In this document: positions 1-10,457 of the stretch, piece after piece
Position numbering within the stretch: position 1 is the stretch's first letter
Layout: each line of letters starts with the position of its first letter
Source: Sulfolobales archaeon
Lineage (GTDB): Archaea > Thermoproteota > Thermoprotei_A > Sulfolobales > AG1
Direction of reading: 5' to 3'
Assembly: GCA_038867615.1 (NCBI GenBank)
Contig: JAWBYA010000003.1
Coordinates: 64,001 to 128,000 of the forward strand
Length of the DNA stretch: 64,000 nucleotides
Notes under the pieces: generated by a model
What the model saw: only the letters and a program-made list of their open reading frames with translations
Databases searched by the model: none
What the model was told of the DNA's origin: nothing
Position numbers and translations under genes: made by a program

Positions 1-484
1 ACGCCTAGAAAGCCTCATTGGCGAGGGGGTTTTTAGAAAACCCACACTCCGGGAGGCTATCGCTGAGGCTCAAGAGGATCTTGAGGGGATGGGTCTGAGA
101 ACCAGGGTTCTCCAGATCATGAGGAGCATGTCAAGCCTTTATTATAAGGATTATAGAGTCACTATCAAGATCGTTAGGTGCGATCGTAAAGAGATCCTCG
201 GGATATGTTCGGAAAAACACGCCTCAAAAAGATATACAGCTATATTGGAGATTGAAGACTCCTCCGAGGGATCGCTATTCCCATACATATATATAGTTAG
301 AATAGCAAGAGCGTATAGCGGAGACATATACGAAGGAGAGAGACTAATAGCATACTCCCATAGGGGTAGATATGCCTCGATCGAGGAGGGTTCTAGTCTA
401 GCCTGTACAGGGATCATTGAGGAGGGTCTCAATGGCGAGAAATACATTAACCTAGATCAAGGATTCTGCTCTTTCTGGGAATGA
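1..484 (+). CDS. 5'-truncated CDS, probably the C-terminus of an archaeal predicted nucleotidyltransferase (COG1665-like)
   Basis: Frame is open from the window start. The C-terminal beta-rich region with AYSHRGRY...CTGIIE resembles this family; the family call is tentative. Confidence 0.4.
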   Translation, partial: RLESLIGEGVFRKPTLREAIAEAQEDLEGMGLRTRVLQIMRSMSSLYYKDYRVTIKIVRCDRKEILGICSEKHASKRYTAILEIEDSSEGSLFPYIYIVRIARAYSGDIYEGERLIAYSHRGRYASIEEGSSLACTGIIEEGLNGEKYINLDQGFCSFWE

Positions 485-631
485 GGAGATCGCTAACCAG
501 CAGCTCGAGCTCCATATTTAGCCACCAATCGCTCTACCCTACCTATCACACATGCGAAAACCGGTGGCTAGGAAGATTATTTTAATAAGAGCTAGAACCG
601 TTATAGATAGCAGGTAGAGGAGCAGAAACGT

Positions 632-1171
632 ATGCAGCCTCATATCGAGGAGGCAAGGGGGTTTGGGAATAGCGGTAAGCATTATGTCATAAAATGGCTT
701 GGAGAGCAAAGAGAGGTGTCTGCAGACCTGGTCTGGGTCTTTGAATATGTCCTAAAATATGTTGTGCCTGAGGAGAAGACGCCCCCTATATATTATCGAT
801 GGATCCATCAGATGTTGTTAGACAGGAATATCGAGAAATATATATTTAGGGTTATGACTGGTGAAGGGGTTTTTATAGATACTAAGATACTTGGCGATAT
901 GAGTGAGATAGATCCTGGAGAGGTGTTGGTCAACCTATCTGGAGTGTATCTAGCATCCTATGAAGAGAGGATAAAAGCTCTCGACGCGTTTGAGATGGAA
1001 TCATTCGATCTAGAGACCACGTTGAAAAAGATGTACAGCGAGATCCGTAGATTAAACACATTCCCGGCAAGAGTCGTTCTCCTAGAAACCCTCAGGGATC
1101 ATGGAGACGCTAAGGAGCTAAACCAAACCGTACTTCATGTTAACTGGATATATGTTATGGTTTATAGATAA
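632..1171 (+). CDS. Hypothetical protein (179 aa)
   Basis: ATG start preceded by GAGGAG; protein-like composition; no recognisable motif. Confidence 0.6.
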   Translation: MQPHIEEARGFGNSGKHYVIKWLGEQREVSADLVWVFEYVLKYVVPEEKTPPIYYRWIHQMLLDRNIEKYIFRVMTGEGVFIDTKILGDMSEIDPGEVLVNLSGVYLASYEERIKALDAFEMESFDLETTLKKMYSEIRRLNTFPARVVLLETLRDHGDAKELNQTVLHVNWIYVMVYR

Positions 1172-1415
1172 TAGTATATAAAACCGAAAAGATCTCAAGC
1201 CAATCCGACCCAGGCAATACTATCTCGTAGCCTTTTAGTCGAGTACACCAGCACCCACAAACAGATCACCAGAACTACGTAGGATCGATGGTAATATAAT
1301 TTCACAAGGCAATAACTAATAGAGAAAACCCCGATACTTCAAACAATCCACGGATAACCCTGATTATTATCATAACTCATAATTCTTCTTTCCAACACTA
1401 CAATAGGGATCCTGC

Positions 1416-2303
1416 TTGACAAAGGATCCAGGTAAGGTCTTTGTATGGCCGCCGCCCGAGAGGGGACTAGGGTTATCTATACACATACCATCATCCCTGG
1501 TATCGGTCGAGCATGGGATAGCAAAGAGAACCATGGTGCTAGGACTTGTTGCCAGGGCTGCAGCTATATTCAGGGTTAGAAAGATACGTGTATATAGGGA
1601 TCCTGGGTCTAGCGCTAGAGACCTCATTTTTGTGAAAAAGATCTTGGAGTATATGGCATCACCACCATATCTTAGGAAGAAGCTTTTCAAAATAGACCGC
1701 GATCTTAGGGCTGTGGGTATCCTACCACCCTTGGCTACTGCCTCCCACGCTACCGAAGAAGATCTTGCCAGAGAACATATTAGACCTGCTCTTGCTCTGA
1801 GTGTTGATAGCAGGAATATATGTTTAGAAGCCGGCTTAGCAAGAATCGTGTGTCTTGATGCTAGCAAGGCAAAATGGGTTAGAAAAGGCGACCTGGTATA
1901 TGTGGTTGTTACTCCCAATGGTAGTATTAGCCGTCTAGCCACACAGAGAGAAGTTGAGAGTATATATTGGGGATATTCTGTTGAGATCTATGATAGTCTT
2001 AGGGATTCCGTTAAAGCTTCGGACGAGGATCTATATATAGTATCAACTAAAGAGGGATCCCACGAGGAAGATCTTGCTGTAAGAATAGAGGGTGTGCGGA
2101 AAGGCATATCCGTTATCTTTGGATCTCCAGATAAAGATCCTGATGAGATAGCTAAAGAAGAGGGGTGGGATATAGATATTCTTAATCATTACAAGCTTAA
2201 CAGCGCTCCCCTCCAGGGTGTGAGGAGCATAAGGACATACGAGGCTCTCTACATAACCCTAGCAATTATGAACAGCGTTATTTTCAAGGTTAAACGGTTT
2301 TAA
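1416..2303 (+). CDS. SPOUT-family RNA methyltransferase (DUF171/COG2106)
   Basis: ARAAAIFRV, YMASPPYLRK, GILPPL and a C-terminal QGVRSIRTYEA SPOUT knot motif; conserved position upstream of rpl3. Confidence 0.88.
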   Translation: MTKDPGKVFVWPPPERGLGLSIHIPSSLVSVEHGIAKRTMVLGLVARAAAIFRVRKIRVYRDPGSSARDLIFVKKILEYMASPPYLRKKLFKIDRDLRAVGILPPLATASHATEEDLAREHIRPALALSVDSRNICLEAGLARIVCLDASKAKWVRKGDLVYVVVTPNGSISRLATQREVESIYWGYSVEIYDSLRDSVKASDEDLYIVSTKEGSHEEDLAVRIEGVRKGISVIFGSPDKDPDEIAKEEGWDIDILNHYKLNSAPLQGVRSIRTYEALYITLAIMNSVIFKVKRF

Positions 2304-2345
2304 GCTCTCTATACTGAGTATCATTCAGACAGAGCGTGGTAATGG

Positions 2346-3362
2346 TTGGGGCATAGGAAGTTCTCAGCGCCAAGGAGAGGGAGCCTTGGCTTCAGACCTA
2401 GGAAGAGAGCGTCTAGACTCCTTCCTAGGATTAGGAGCTGGCCCACTATAAATCTCGACAAAGCAGTGCTACTAGGTTTTATAGGATATAAAGTTGGGAT
2501 GACCCACGCTATAATAATAGACGATAGAGAGGGGAGCCCCACACAGGGGAGAGAGATCTTCGTACCCGTCACAGTTGTGGAGACACCCCCTATTATACCT
2601 CTAGCACTCAGAGTATACGCAAGCGACCCGGTTAAGGGGCTCTACACACTAACAGAGGGGTGGATCGAGCCTCCCAGAGAGCTTGAAATCCACAGAAAGA
2701 TCGTTACCTTCAGGCCCAACGATATTGATAAGGCATTGAAACTGGCTATGGAGACATTATCAAAGATCCAGAGGGTGTCCGTGATAGTAGCAACACAACC
2801 AAAGCTAGCTGGTGGTTTGGAGAAGAAGAAACCAGATCTCCTGGAAATAGCTGTGGGAGGCCTTGATATTGCAGGGAGGCTAGAATATGTCTCTAAGATT
2901 CTCGGACACCAAGTCAAGGTTTCAGAAGTGTTTTCACCAGGGATGTTCATAGACGTGATCGGGGTTACCAAGGGTAAGGGTTTCCAGGGAGTTATAAAGA
3001 GGTTTGGCGTGAAAGAGCTGCCAAGGTGGCATAAACATAGAAAGGGTAGTAGGAAGGTTGGTGCTAGGAGCCCTGCAAGGAGCACATTCTCAGAGGTTCC
3101 ACAGCCTGGCCAGATGGGCTTTCACAGGAGGACTGAGTATAATAAGAGGATACTAAAGATAGGAGAGGATCCTAAAGAGATAAACCCCCTCGGCGGGTTC
3201 CCCCACTACGGTCTCGTTAGATCGGATTATCTATTAATACATGGAAGCCTGCAGGGACCTCCAAAAAGACCCCTGGTGCTAAGATACCCTATAAGGAATC
3301 CTCCGTATATGGTTAGCGGTGTTCCGAGAATAATGTATATATCCTTGGAGTCAAAGGTATAG
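2346..3362 (+). CDS. rpl3: 50S ribosomal protein L3
   Basis: HRKFSAPRRGSLGFRPRKRA, GYKVGMTH, TKGKGFQGVIKRFG; TTG start. Confidence 0.98.
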   Translation: MGHRKFSAPRRGSLGFRPRKRASRLLPRIRSWPTINLDKAVLLGFIGYKVGMTHAIIIDDREGSPTQGREIFVPVTVVETPPIIPLALRVYASDPVKGLYTLTEGWIEPPRELEIHRKIVTFRPNDIDKALKLAMETLSKIQRVSVIVATQPKLAGGLEKKKPDLLEIAVGGLDIAGRLEYVSKILGHQVKVSEVFSPGMFIDVIGVTKGKGFQGVIKRFGVKELPRWHKHRKGSRKVGARSPARSTFSEVPQPGQMGFHRRTEYNKRILKIGEDPKEINPLGGFPHYGLVRSDYLLIHGSLQGPPKRPLVLRYPIRNPPYMVSGVPRIMYISLESKV

Positions 3363-3373
3363 GGTGATCCTGG

Positions 3374-4192
3374 ATGGGCGCTATAGAGCTCGTCGTACCG
3401 AGGATCATGAGGCCCCCCGAGGTTAATGTATATAGTATCGAGGGTAAGCCAATCTCTAGAATTACCCTTCCAGATGTTTTCTCGATACCCGTTAGGATCG
3501 ATCTTATAAGGAGGGCTCACCACGCAGCATTATCAGCAGCTATACAACCACAGGGAAGAGACCCCCTAGCTGGTAAGAGGAGAGTTGGGGAGAGCTGGGG
3601 TATAGGCTATAGTGTTGCAAGGGTCCCAAGGCTTGATAACGGGAGAGCGGTGTTCGCACCAATGACCCGTGGTGGTAGGAGAGCCCATGCCCCCACATCA
3701 GCGAAGGTGGTGAGGGAGGAGATAAACCATAAGGAGAGGCTATACGCTATAGCAAGCGCGATATCAGCTACATCTATGAGGGAGTATGTTCTAAAGAGGG
3801 GTCATATAGTGAGCAACGATCTAACGCTCCCGGTGGTTGCCGCACGGGAGTTCGAGGATCTCGATAGTGCCCGTAAGGCTAAGGAGTTTCTTAGAAACAT
3901 TGGCTTGTGGAGCGATATAGAGAGGGTTCAGAGTAGAGTCAGGATAAGGGCTGGCAAGGGTAAGATGAGGGGTAGGAGGTATGTTGAGCCGAAGAGCGTG
4001 TTGGTGGTTGTATCTAAACAGGATTCAAAGGCTATAGCAGCCTTTAGAAACATGCCCGGCGTTGATGCAGTATATATAAACCTGCTAGGCATAGAACACC
4101 TAGCCCCTGGAGGCGTTCCTGGGAGGCTTATGATAATATCTGAAGATGCTGTAAAAATGCTTGGAGAGAAGTTCAGGGTGATCTATATATGA
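3374..4192 (+). CDS. rpl4: 50S ribosomal protein L4
   Basis: ESWGIGYSVARVPR, RIRAGKGKMRGRRY, HLAPGGVPGRL. Confidence 0.98.
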   Translation: MGAIELVVPRIMRPPEVNVYSIEGKPISRITLPDVFSIPVRIDLIRRAHHAALSAAIQPQGRDPLAGKRRVGESWGIGYSVARVPRLDNGRAVFAPMTRGGRRAHAPTSAKVVREEINHKERLYAIASAISATSMREYVLKRGHIVSNDLTLPVVAAREFEDLDSARKAKEFLRNIGLWSDIERVQSRVRIRAGKGKMRGRRYVEPKSVLVVVSKQDSKAIAAFRNMPGVDAVYINLLGIEHLAPGGVPGRLMIISEDAVKMLGEKFRVIYI

Positions 4193-4482
4193 GTGAAGAG
4201 GTAAAGACCGAGAGCCCGAGCCTAGATCTACAGAAGATCATAGTGAGGCCTGTTTCAAGCGAAAAAGCTATCCTCCTCATTGAGAGGATGAATACACTAA
4301 CATTCATAGTGGCGAGGAGCGCTAATAAGAAGCAAATAAAAGAAGCCATAGAGACCCTATATGGCGTTAAAGTCGTCAGCGTGAGGACACTCATAACCAG
4401 GTCTGGAGAGAAAAAGGCATATGTTAGACTCTCAGATGAATATAAAGCCTCCGATGTTGCTACAAAATTAGGACTATTGTGA
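4189..4482 (+). CDS. rpl23: 50S ribosomal protein L23
   Basis: PVSSEKA, NTLTFIV, KKAYVRL; ATGA overlap with rpl4. Confidence 0.97.
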   Translation: MSEEVKTESPSLDLQKIIVRPVSSEKAILLIERMNTLTFIVARSANKKQIKEAIETLYGVKVVSVRTLITRSGEKKAYVRLSDEYKASDVATKLGLL

Positions 4483-4495
4483 GGAGGATGATCCC

Positions 4496-5221
4496 ATGGG
4501 CAAGAAGCTTCTCCAACAGAGGGCTGGGAGAGGGACGGCAGTATTCAGATCACCGTCCCACATAAAAGTAGCGCCTGCTAGGTATCCGCCTCAAGAGAAG
4601 CTGGGCGAAAAGACCTTGATCGCCTATGTCGCGGAGCTGCTACACGACCCGGGTAGGTGGACACCCCTGGCAAGGATAATAACAGCAAATGGTATAGAGT
4701 TCTACACAGTAGCTGTCGAGGGTCTCGGCATTGGGCAAGAGATCCAGATAGGCTTAGAAGCTCCCCCGCTTCCGGGAAACATATTGCCTCTTAAGGCGAT
4801 CCCCGAGGGGACAAAGATCTGTAATATAGAGAGGAGACCAGGCGACGGGGGTACAATTGCTAGGAGAGCTGGTAGCTATGCTGTTCTTGTCAGCAAGACC
4901 CCAGGTAAAGCATTGATCCAGCTGCCAAGCGGGAAAATGGCAGAGCTTATGGAAAACTGCAGAGCAACAATAGGTGTCCCGGCAGGGGCGGGAAGGCTAG
5001 AAAAGCCTCTCCTAAAGGCTGGTGCATCTTATCATAAATATAAGGCTACTGCTAGGAAATGGCCGAAAGTCAGAGGAGTTGCTATGAATCCTGTGTCGCA
5101 TAAATTCGGAGGAGGATCTCATCAGAGCGAGTCTCACCCAACAACTGTATCTAGAAGAGCTCCCCCGGGTAGGAAGGTAGGACACATAGCTGCTAGGAGG
5201 ACAGGGCTTAAGAAGAGATAG
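4496..5221 (+). CDS. rpl2: 50S ribosomal protein L2
   Basis: MGKKLLQQRAGRG, WPKVRGVAMNP, APPGRKVGHIAARRTG. Confidence 0.98.
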   Translation: MGKKLLQQRAGRGTAVFRSPSHIKVAPARYPPQEKLGEKTLIAYVAELLHDPGRWTPLARIITANGIEFYTVAVEGLGIGQEIQIGLEAPPLPGNILPLKAIPEGTKICNIERRPGDGGTIARRAGSYAVLVSKTPGKALIQLPSGKMAELMENCRATIGVPAGAGRLEKPLLKAGASYHKYKATARKWPKVRGVAMNPVSHKFGGGSHQSESHPTTVSRRAPPGRKVGHIAARRTGLKKR

Positions 5222-5541
5222 CCCAGCCTGTAACCCTTCATAGATTATCCCTTTGTTCTAAGAAGACTCCTTTATCCTTTCTCTTTCCCTCTCTATCTAA
5301 CCTGATTTAGATCCTTAATCATTGCCCAAACCATTAGTGATATTATTAGACATGCATCTCTAAAAAGCCACGGGAATCTGGCAGGAGAACAGATCATCAT
5401 TTAAGCTCGTAAAACACCATGCCCTAGCCTAGGTATTCAAGGCATCCAGCAATACGGGGCTTATACACATGAGGCCAAAGAATAGAGAGCTAGTGCTTAA
5501 TGATATTATTCTATCGCTATGAAGCCCAACACTACAGATTA

Positions 5542-6114
5542 TTAGAAGAGTCTTTTACCTCCATATACCCTGCATTCTTCCCCTATATGGAGATAGAGTT
5601 TAACATTATGATACCTTTTCCAAATCTCCTTCAGGATCTCTACATCATCTTCATGGATCTCTACTATCTCATAGATCTTAGAGATCTCGTTCAGGATCTT
5701 TAGCTTGAATGTCTTGGAATCCATCCTCTCCGGAACCCTTGGGATATGTATAGAGGGTGGTTTGAATATATTTTTAGAACTGCTTGACGGTCTCATTATT
5801 AGATATATATTCTCCCCCAGCCTGATCCCTATCCTCTCAAGCTGTTCTTTGGTTTTATCTATAAGCCTTTCCGGTCTGCCTGTTAGGAATAAAACATGGT
5901 AGCCTTTATCTATGCATCTCTGTATAGCCTCTATACCTGCCTTTCTAGGCTTATCCAGATCCATGAGATCTTCTCTTAAAAAGATGTTCCAGAACAGTTC
6001 CTTATCATCCCTAGCCCCGCTCTCAGCTATCGCGAGTCTCTGTGACACGTCAAAAACCACTCCGTCGAGATCAAATATGCATATCCTTTTCCTCGGCTTC
6101 TCCAAGCTCTCCAT
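5542..6114 (-). CDS. HAD-superfamily phosphatase (capless, polynucleotide 3'-phosphatase/acid phosphatase-like)
   Basis: Motif I IFDLDG, motif II LTGRP, motif IV HEDD. Confidence 0.75.
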   Translation of the reverse strand: MESLEKPRKRICIFDLDGVVFDVSQRLAIAESGARDDKELFWNIFLREDLMDLDKPRKAGIEAIQRCIDKGYHVLFLTGRPERLIDKTKEQLERIGIRLGENIYLIMRPSSSSKNIFKPPSIHIPRVPERMDSKTFKLKILNEISKIYEIVEIHEDDVEILKEIWKRYHNVKLYLHIGEECRVYGGKRLF

Positions 6115-6448
6115 CCTTGGTACTCTTGCTAGCTATTTTTCTGAAATAATACCCAGGTGTTCTTCTCTCTCCAAAGCCCTCCAAGCCTTTCTGGCGGAGC
6201 TTGTTCCTCAACTCCTCAGCTTTCTCCCTAGAGATTCTACCTGTTCTCTCGAGATACTCTATAACCTCTTCAGCTTCCTCCGGAGTACTAGCCCTGGCTA
6301 TAAAATCCTCGGGCGATGGTTCGTACCCCCTCCAGGGGTCTTCGTCTCTTCTATGGTTAATACTAATACTAATTCTAGCATCGCTTTCACTGATCTCTCT
6401 ATAGAGGTTTGGAAACATCTTCCTAAATCTCTCCTTATCCCACTGCAT
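6071..6448 (-). CDS. DUF2095 family protein
   Basis: FRKMFPNLYREI, DPWRGYEP..DFIARA, GFGERRTPGYY are typical of this archaeal family. Confidence 0.8.
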   Translation of the reverse strand: MQWDKERFRKMFPNLYREISESDARISISINHRRDEDPWRGYEPSPEDFIARASTPEEAEEVIEYLERTGRISREKAEELRNKLRQKGLEGFGERRTPGYYFRKIASKSTKDGELGEAEEKDMHI

Positions 6449-6507
6449 TTAGAGGGCTCCTCAGATAGGAACATGTTAGCGAGTGAATATAAACATAGAA
6501 TAGATCT

Positions 6508-7671
6508 TTAGACTATTATTTCTCCTGGATTCAATATAGATCCGGCTTTCACTCTAGAGCCCTTCGCTATCGTGCACCCTATCCTTGCATACTCTTTCCC
6601 CTTGGCTAGAGATCTTCTTTCAGGTCGATATGCTATGTTCCATGTAGCAACATTGGGTTCTATGACTGCTCTCTCACCAACTACTGAGTAGCCTATATAG
6701 CTACCCCTACCTATGGTTGCTTCCCTCATAATAACAGATCTGTTGATCTCTGAGTAAGAACCAACCACAGCTCTATCCTCAATGGATGTTGCGTTTCTTA
6801 TAAATGTGTTAACGCCTATGAAGGCTTCTCTACCTATATATAGAGGCCCCTTAAGAATCGCGTGGTGATCTATAACTGCCTCATCCTCTATGATTACGGG
6901 GCCCTCTATGATTGCCGACTTCGATATAGATGCTCGAGCACTTATATAGCTCCTATCCAGCTCGCTCAGCATGTAATAACTAGCTGTGAGAAGATCCCAT
7001 GGAGTGCCTATATTTACCCAGTGATGCCCCCAGAAGATAGCCTTGATCCTTTTCTCCCTACATATAGCGTCATAGGCCCTCACTATATCGCCCAGCTTCT
7101 CGACAAGATCGAAGATCGTTGAGCTAAAAACATAGATCCCTCCCGATATATATCTAGCCTCATCGCCCCGATAGGAAGCCTCACTAGCCTGTCTGACTGA
7201 CACGACCTCGCCCCACTCGTTAACTTCAATCACACCGTGGCTCTGAAGAGGGGTCTCCGGGACAGCTAGTATTGCTCCTTCAAAACCGCTCTCGAATGCT
7301 GCTCTCTGTACTGAGATATATGCTGAGGGGTTGACCAGTATATCTCCATATACTAATAGGAACTTCTCCCCTTCCTCTAGATCCATTTTATTGCGGGCTG
7401 ATAAGAGGGCTGCCTCTACACCTACTCCTCTCTGCTCCACCACGCTTATCGTTGAGACTCTTTTGTACTCGCTAATCTCCTTCTCCATAAGCTCGGGCTT
7501 ATCACTCACTATATATATGTTTTTATAACCAATTGCTACTAATCTTGACACAACATGGGAGACTACGCTCTTACCAAGGATCCTTAGAAAGGCTTTTGGC
7601 TCGCCCTTTGTTAGAGGCTCTATCTCCTTACCAGACCCGCCGGCTAGTATTAGAACTTTCAGCGTATCCAT
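6508..7671 (-). CDS. Sugar-phosphate nucleotidyltransferase family protein with C-terminal hexapeptide repeats
   Basis: LILAGGSG..PLT...PK, LVYGDIL, W.NIGTPWDLL and left-handed beta-helix repeats. Confidence 0.85.
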   Translation of the reverse strand: MDTLKVLILAGGSGKEIEPLTKGEPKAFLRILGKSVVSHVVSRLVAIGYKNIYIVSDKPELMEKEISEYKRVSTISVVEQRGVGVEAALLSARNKMDLEEGEKFLLVYGDILVNPSAYISVQRAAFESGFEGAILAVPETPLQSHGVIEVNEWGEVVSVRQASEASYRGDEARYISGGIYVFSSTIFDLVEKLGDIVRAYDAICREKRIKAIFWGHHWVNIGTPWDLLTASYYMLSELDRSYISARASISKSAIIEGPVIIEDEAVIDHHAILKGPLYIGREAFIGVNTFIRNATSIEDRAVVGSYSEINRSVIMREATIGRGSYIGYSVVGERAVIEPNVATWNIAYRPERRSLAKGKEYARIGCTIAKGSRVKAGSILNPGEIIV

Positions 7672-7685
7672 ATATTATACCCAGG

Positions 7686-9611
7686 TTATTTTAGATGCTC
7701 CTCAAACCAGCCTGATATGTGCTTAAGATTCTCCACCCTATGCTTAGGCTTACCGCTTCTGCTAAGCTCGTGGTTCTCCTTGGGGAATAGTACGAGCCTT
7801 GTTTTAACGCCGTTTAGCTTGAGCGCTCTGAAGAAAGCTATAGCCTGGTCCACCCAGCATCTATAATCCTCAAGACTATGTATTATCAATGTGGGTGTTT
7901 TAACCCTGTTGGCAAACCTTAGAGGACTTTTATCCAGGCACTTCTCAGGGTTCTCCCACGGGATGCATCCTATCTGGTCTGGGACAAAGTAGTGACCTAT
8001 ATCGGTGGTACCGAACATAGAGATCCAGTCGCTAATAGATCTCTGGGTTACAGCGGCTTTAAAACGATCCGTGTTGGTTATTATCCAGTTAGTCATGAAG
8101 CCACCATAACTACCCCCAGTAACGCCTAGTCTCTCACTATCTATGAAGCTATATATTTTTACAGTCTCATCAACAACCTCCATGAGATCCATATAGTCCC
8201 TCTCACCATACTGCTCCCTAATATCTGCAAACTCCTCTGAATAGCCATCACTCCCCCTCGGGTTTGAGTATATTAGTGCGAAACCCCTGGAGACGAGGTA
8301 TTGGAACTCATATATAAAGCTCCACCCATACATGGTCTTTGGCCCGCCATGTATATATAGGATCGCTGGGATCTTGCCTTCCACCTTATCCGGAGCCATG
8401 ATCCAGCAATCGATCGATGCGCCATCGCTTGCCCTTATCCTGTAGTGCTGGGGTTTATAAAGACTATATGTCTCTACGAAGAACTTGTTAAAGCGTGTTA
8501 CCACTCTAATATCATCTCCTTTCTTTATATATATCTCTTTAGGCATCGTTGGATTCATTATTGTTGCCAGGATTAGATCCCCTCTCACAACGCTGAACTC
8601 ATCAACAGAGCTCTGAGGAACCCTCAGGGCTGTCTCGAACAACTCCTTCGAAGGATTGTAAGACCCAACGTATGTTTCGCCCGAATCAGAGACCATGAAG
8701 TATATATTGTTATCCTCGCCCCAGACTATGTTATGTGCACATGACGGCCCCCTAACGTCAGAGTTTATAGTATTAAGGAAGTTCCTATCGATCTTACCTT
8801 TAGTGTCTACCAATTCGTTGCCAGAGATATCATAGATCATGAGCCTATTATGGGTTGCAAACCCTCTCTCCCTCTTATGACCGATCATAGCTATCATATT
8901 TGACGATGGCGACCACGCGATATCATTTATCGTTATACCATCCACAAGCTTTATATGTTCTTCTCTCTTCACATCATATAGGTATAGCTGGTGTATATAT
9001 GGTGTTGCAGGATCTCTGCTAGATACATATGCTATATACCTCCCATCAGGGCTCCATGATGCTGTGTTGATCCTAAGACCCTCTGGCGAGATCCTCTTTC
9101 TAGAACCGCTCTCAGTATCAACTATATATAAGGTCTTCTGGAGAGAATATGTATAGCCCTCGTTGTTAAACCACAGATCTATTCTATCAACAACCTTGAC
9201 ATCCTCTTCAACCTTACCGTCTACCGCTACTACTGCGAGGTATTTAGAGTCTGGGGACCATGAGAGGGCATTAACGCCTAGATCGAAAACCGTAACCAGC
9301 CTTGGAGATCCATCGATCCTCGAGACCCAGATCTCTGTACCCCTCGAATCCTCCTTAAGAGTCCTTCTAGAGAGAAACGCATAGTGCTTCCCATCCGGAG
9401 CTGGTGTTGGGCACCTATCACTAACGCTATTTCCTATCGCTTCATACTCAAGCGTGGAGAGATCTAAGAGCCAGATGCTAGACTCATACCTATCCTTATC
9501 CACAGAGATCCTGGTTACCGTAAAGAGAGCTCTCAAAGAGTCTTTAAACATAGCCGGATTTGATACTAACACCACATTAGCAAGATCTTCCGGTCCCAGT
9601 TGACGAGGCAA
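7686..9611 (-). CDS. S9 family acylaminoacyl peptidase (beta-propeller plus alpha/beta hydrolase)
   Basis: WSPD repeats, IHGGP, catalytic GGSYGG, DYRC and ENHELSRSG. Confidence 0.95.
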   Translation of the reverse strand: MPRQLGPEDLANVVLVSNPAMFKDSLRALFTVTRISVDKDRYESSIWLLDLSTLEYEAIGNSVSDRCPTPAPDGKHYAFLSRRTLKEDSRGTEIWVSRIDGSPRLVTVFDLGVNALSWSPDSKYLAVVAVDGKVEEDVKVVDRIDLWFNNEGYTYSLQKTLYIVDTESGSRKRISPEGLRINTASWSPDGRYIAYVSSRDPATPYIHQLYLYDVKREEHIKLVDGITINDIAWSPSSNMIAMIGHKRERGFATHNRLMIYDISGNELVDTKGKIDRNFLNTINSDVRGPSCAHNIVWGEDNNIYFMVSDSGETYVGSYNPSKELFETALRVPQSSVDEFSVVRGDLILATIMNPTMPKEIYIKKGDDIRVVTRFNKFFVETYSLYKPQHYRIRASDGASIDCWIMAPDKVEGKIPAILYIHGGPKTMYGWSFIYEFQYLVSRGFALIYSNPRGSDGYSEEFADIREQYGERDYMDLMEVVDETVKIYSFIDSERLGVTGGSYGGFMTNWIITNTDRFKAAVTQRSISDWISMFGTTDIGHYFVPDQIGCIPWENPEKCLDKSPLRFANRVKTPTLIIHSLEDYRCWVDQAIAFFRALKLNGVKTRLVLFPKENHELSRSGKPKHRVENLKHISGWFEEHLK

Positions 9612-9691
9612 AAGACCACCATCATTAAGAAGGGGTCGGGACGGTAATATCCTTTAACCACCTTACCACGCACTATAGTGCTGTTAACAAG

Positions 9692-10036
9692 CTATAGGTT
9701 AAAACTATACTCCTTAACCTTTATAATAGTTAGGTTCGGCCTCCCTATAATAGGCCTTTGAGAGCATGATATAGCGCCTGAATCGTCAATGTAGTAGTAT
9801 CTACACTCCCTACCCTTAGGAGCTGGCGACTCTATTATAACAAAGACCCTCTCCGAAAGCGGTGATAGTGTGAGACATTCGCTCTCCCTACAAGTGATGG
9901 TCACCAGTGGAAATCCTGGGGAAACCCGGCTAAGCATAAAAAGAACCATATCCTCAAAACTCTCAAGCTTGATTCTTATGTGAGGATGCGGAGCCTCAGC
10001 CATATCTCTATAATCACCACTAGGATAACACTTCAA
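9692..10036 (-). CDS. Hypothetical protein (start possibly ATG 10003)
   Basis: Compact ORF with Cys pairs, downstream of the SRP RNA on the same strand. Confidence 0.55.
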   Translation of the reverse strand: MKCYPSGDYRDMAEAPHPHIRIKLESFEDMVLFMLSRVSPGFPLVTITCRESECLTLSPLSERVFVIIESPAPKGRECRYYYIDDSGAISCSQRPIIGRPNLTIIKVKEYSFNL

Positions 10037-10065
10037 GAATATTAATAATTAGGTCTATATGGATG

Positions 10066-10376
10066 CCCAGGCGGCCCCGCTCCAAACCATATATAGAGCT
10101 GCGGGATCAACCCTCCCTCCCCGCTCCCCCCGGTGACCCGTGAACGCTTGTGTCGAGGGTTAGGTTGCTCCCTTCCGGGCCTGGCCGCTTTCCCCTCGTA
10201 AAGGTGGTTAGACCCTCTCCTCCGAGAGGGCCCCCACCACCACAAGCCCCACGGGGCGGGTTTCATTGCTGGAGTGAGGATCCCGTAGCTCTATATATGG
10301 CCTGGAGCGGTTACTGGCCCCCGCGTTACGCCCATCTCGGGTATGGGGGTGGGCGAACCCCCCGGCCCTACCCGCC
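10066..10376 (-). ncRNA. ffs: Signal recognition particle (7S) RNA
   Basis: GC-rich stretch of about 310 nt. The minus strand carries the helix 8 motif CCAGGCCCGGAAGGGAGCAACC, a long helix 5 (GCTCCAGGCCATATATAGAGCT pairing with AGCTCTATATATGGTTTGGAGC) and an Alu-like 5' domain. TATA-like TTTTAA lies about 25 nt upstream. Ends are approximate. Confidence 0.93.
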
Positions 10377-10457
10377 GATTAGTACTGTTTATCAAGGGTT
10401 AAAAACCGTTAGGCTACTTATTACCTTATATGCGATTCGGTACATGAGAGAAGTGTT

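Noticed and set aside
5222-5541. Ribosomal protein operon stops after rpl2
   Set aside because: Fragmentation of this cluster is common in crenarchaea, and the gap has no recognisable gene.
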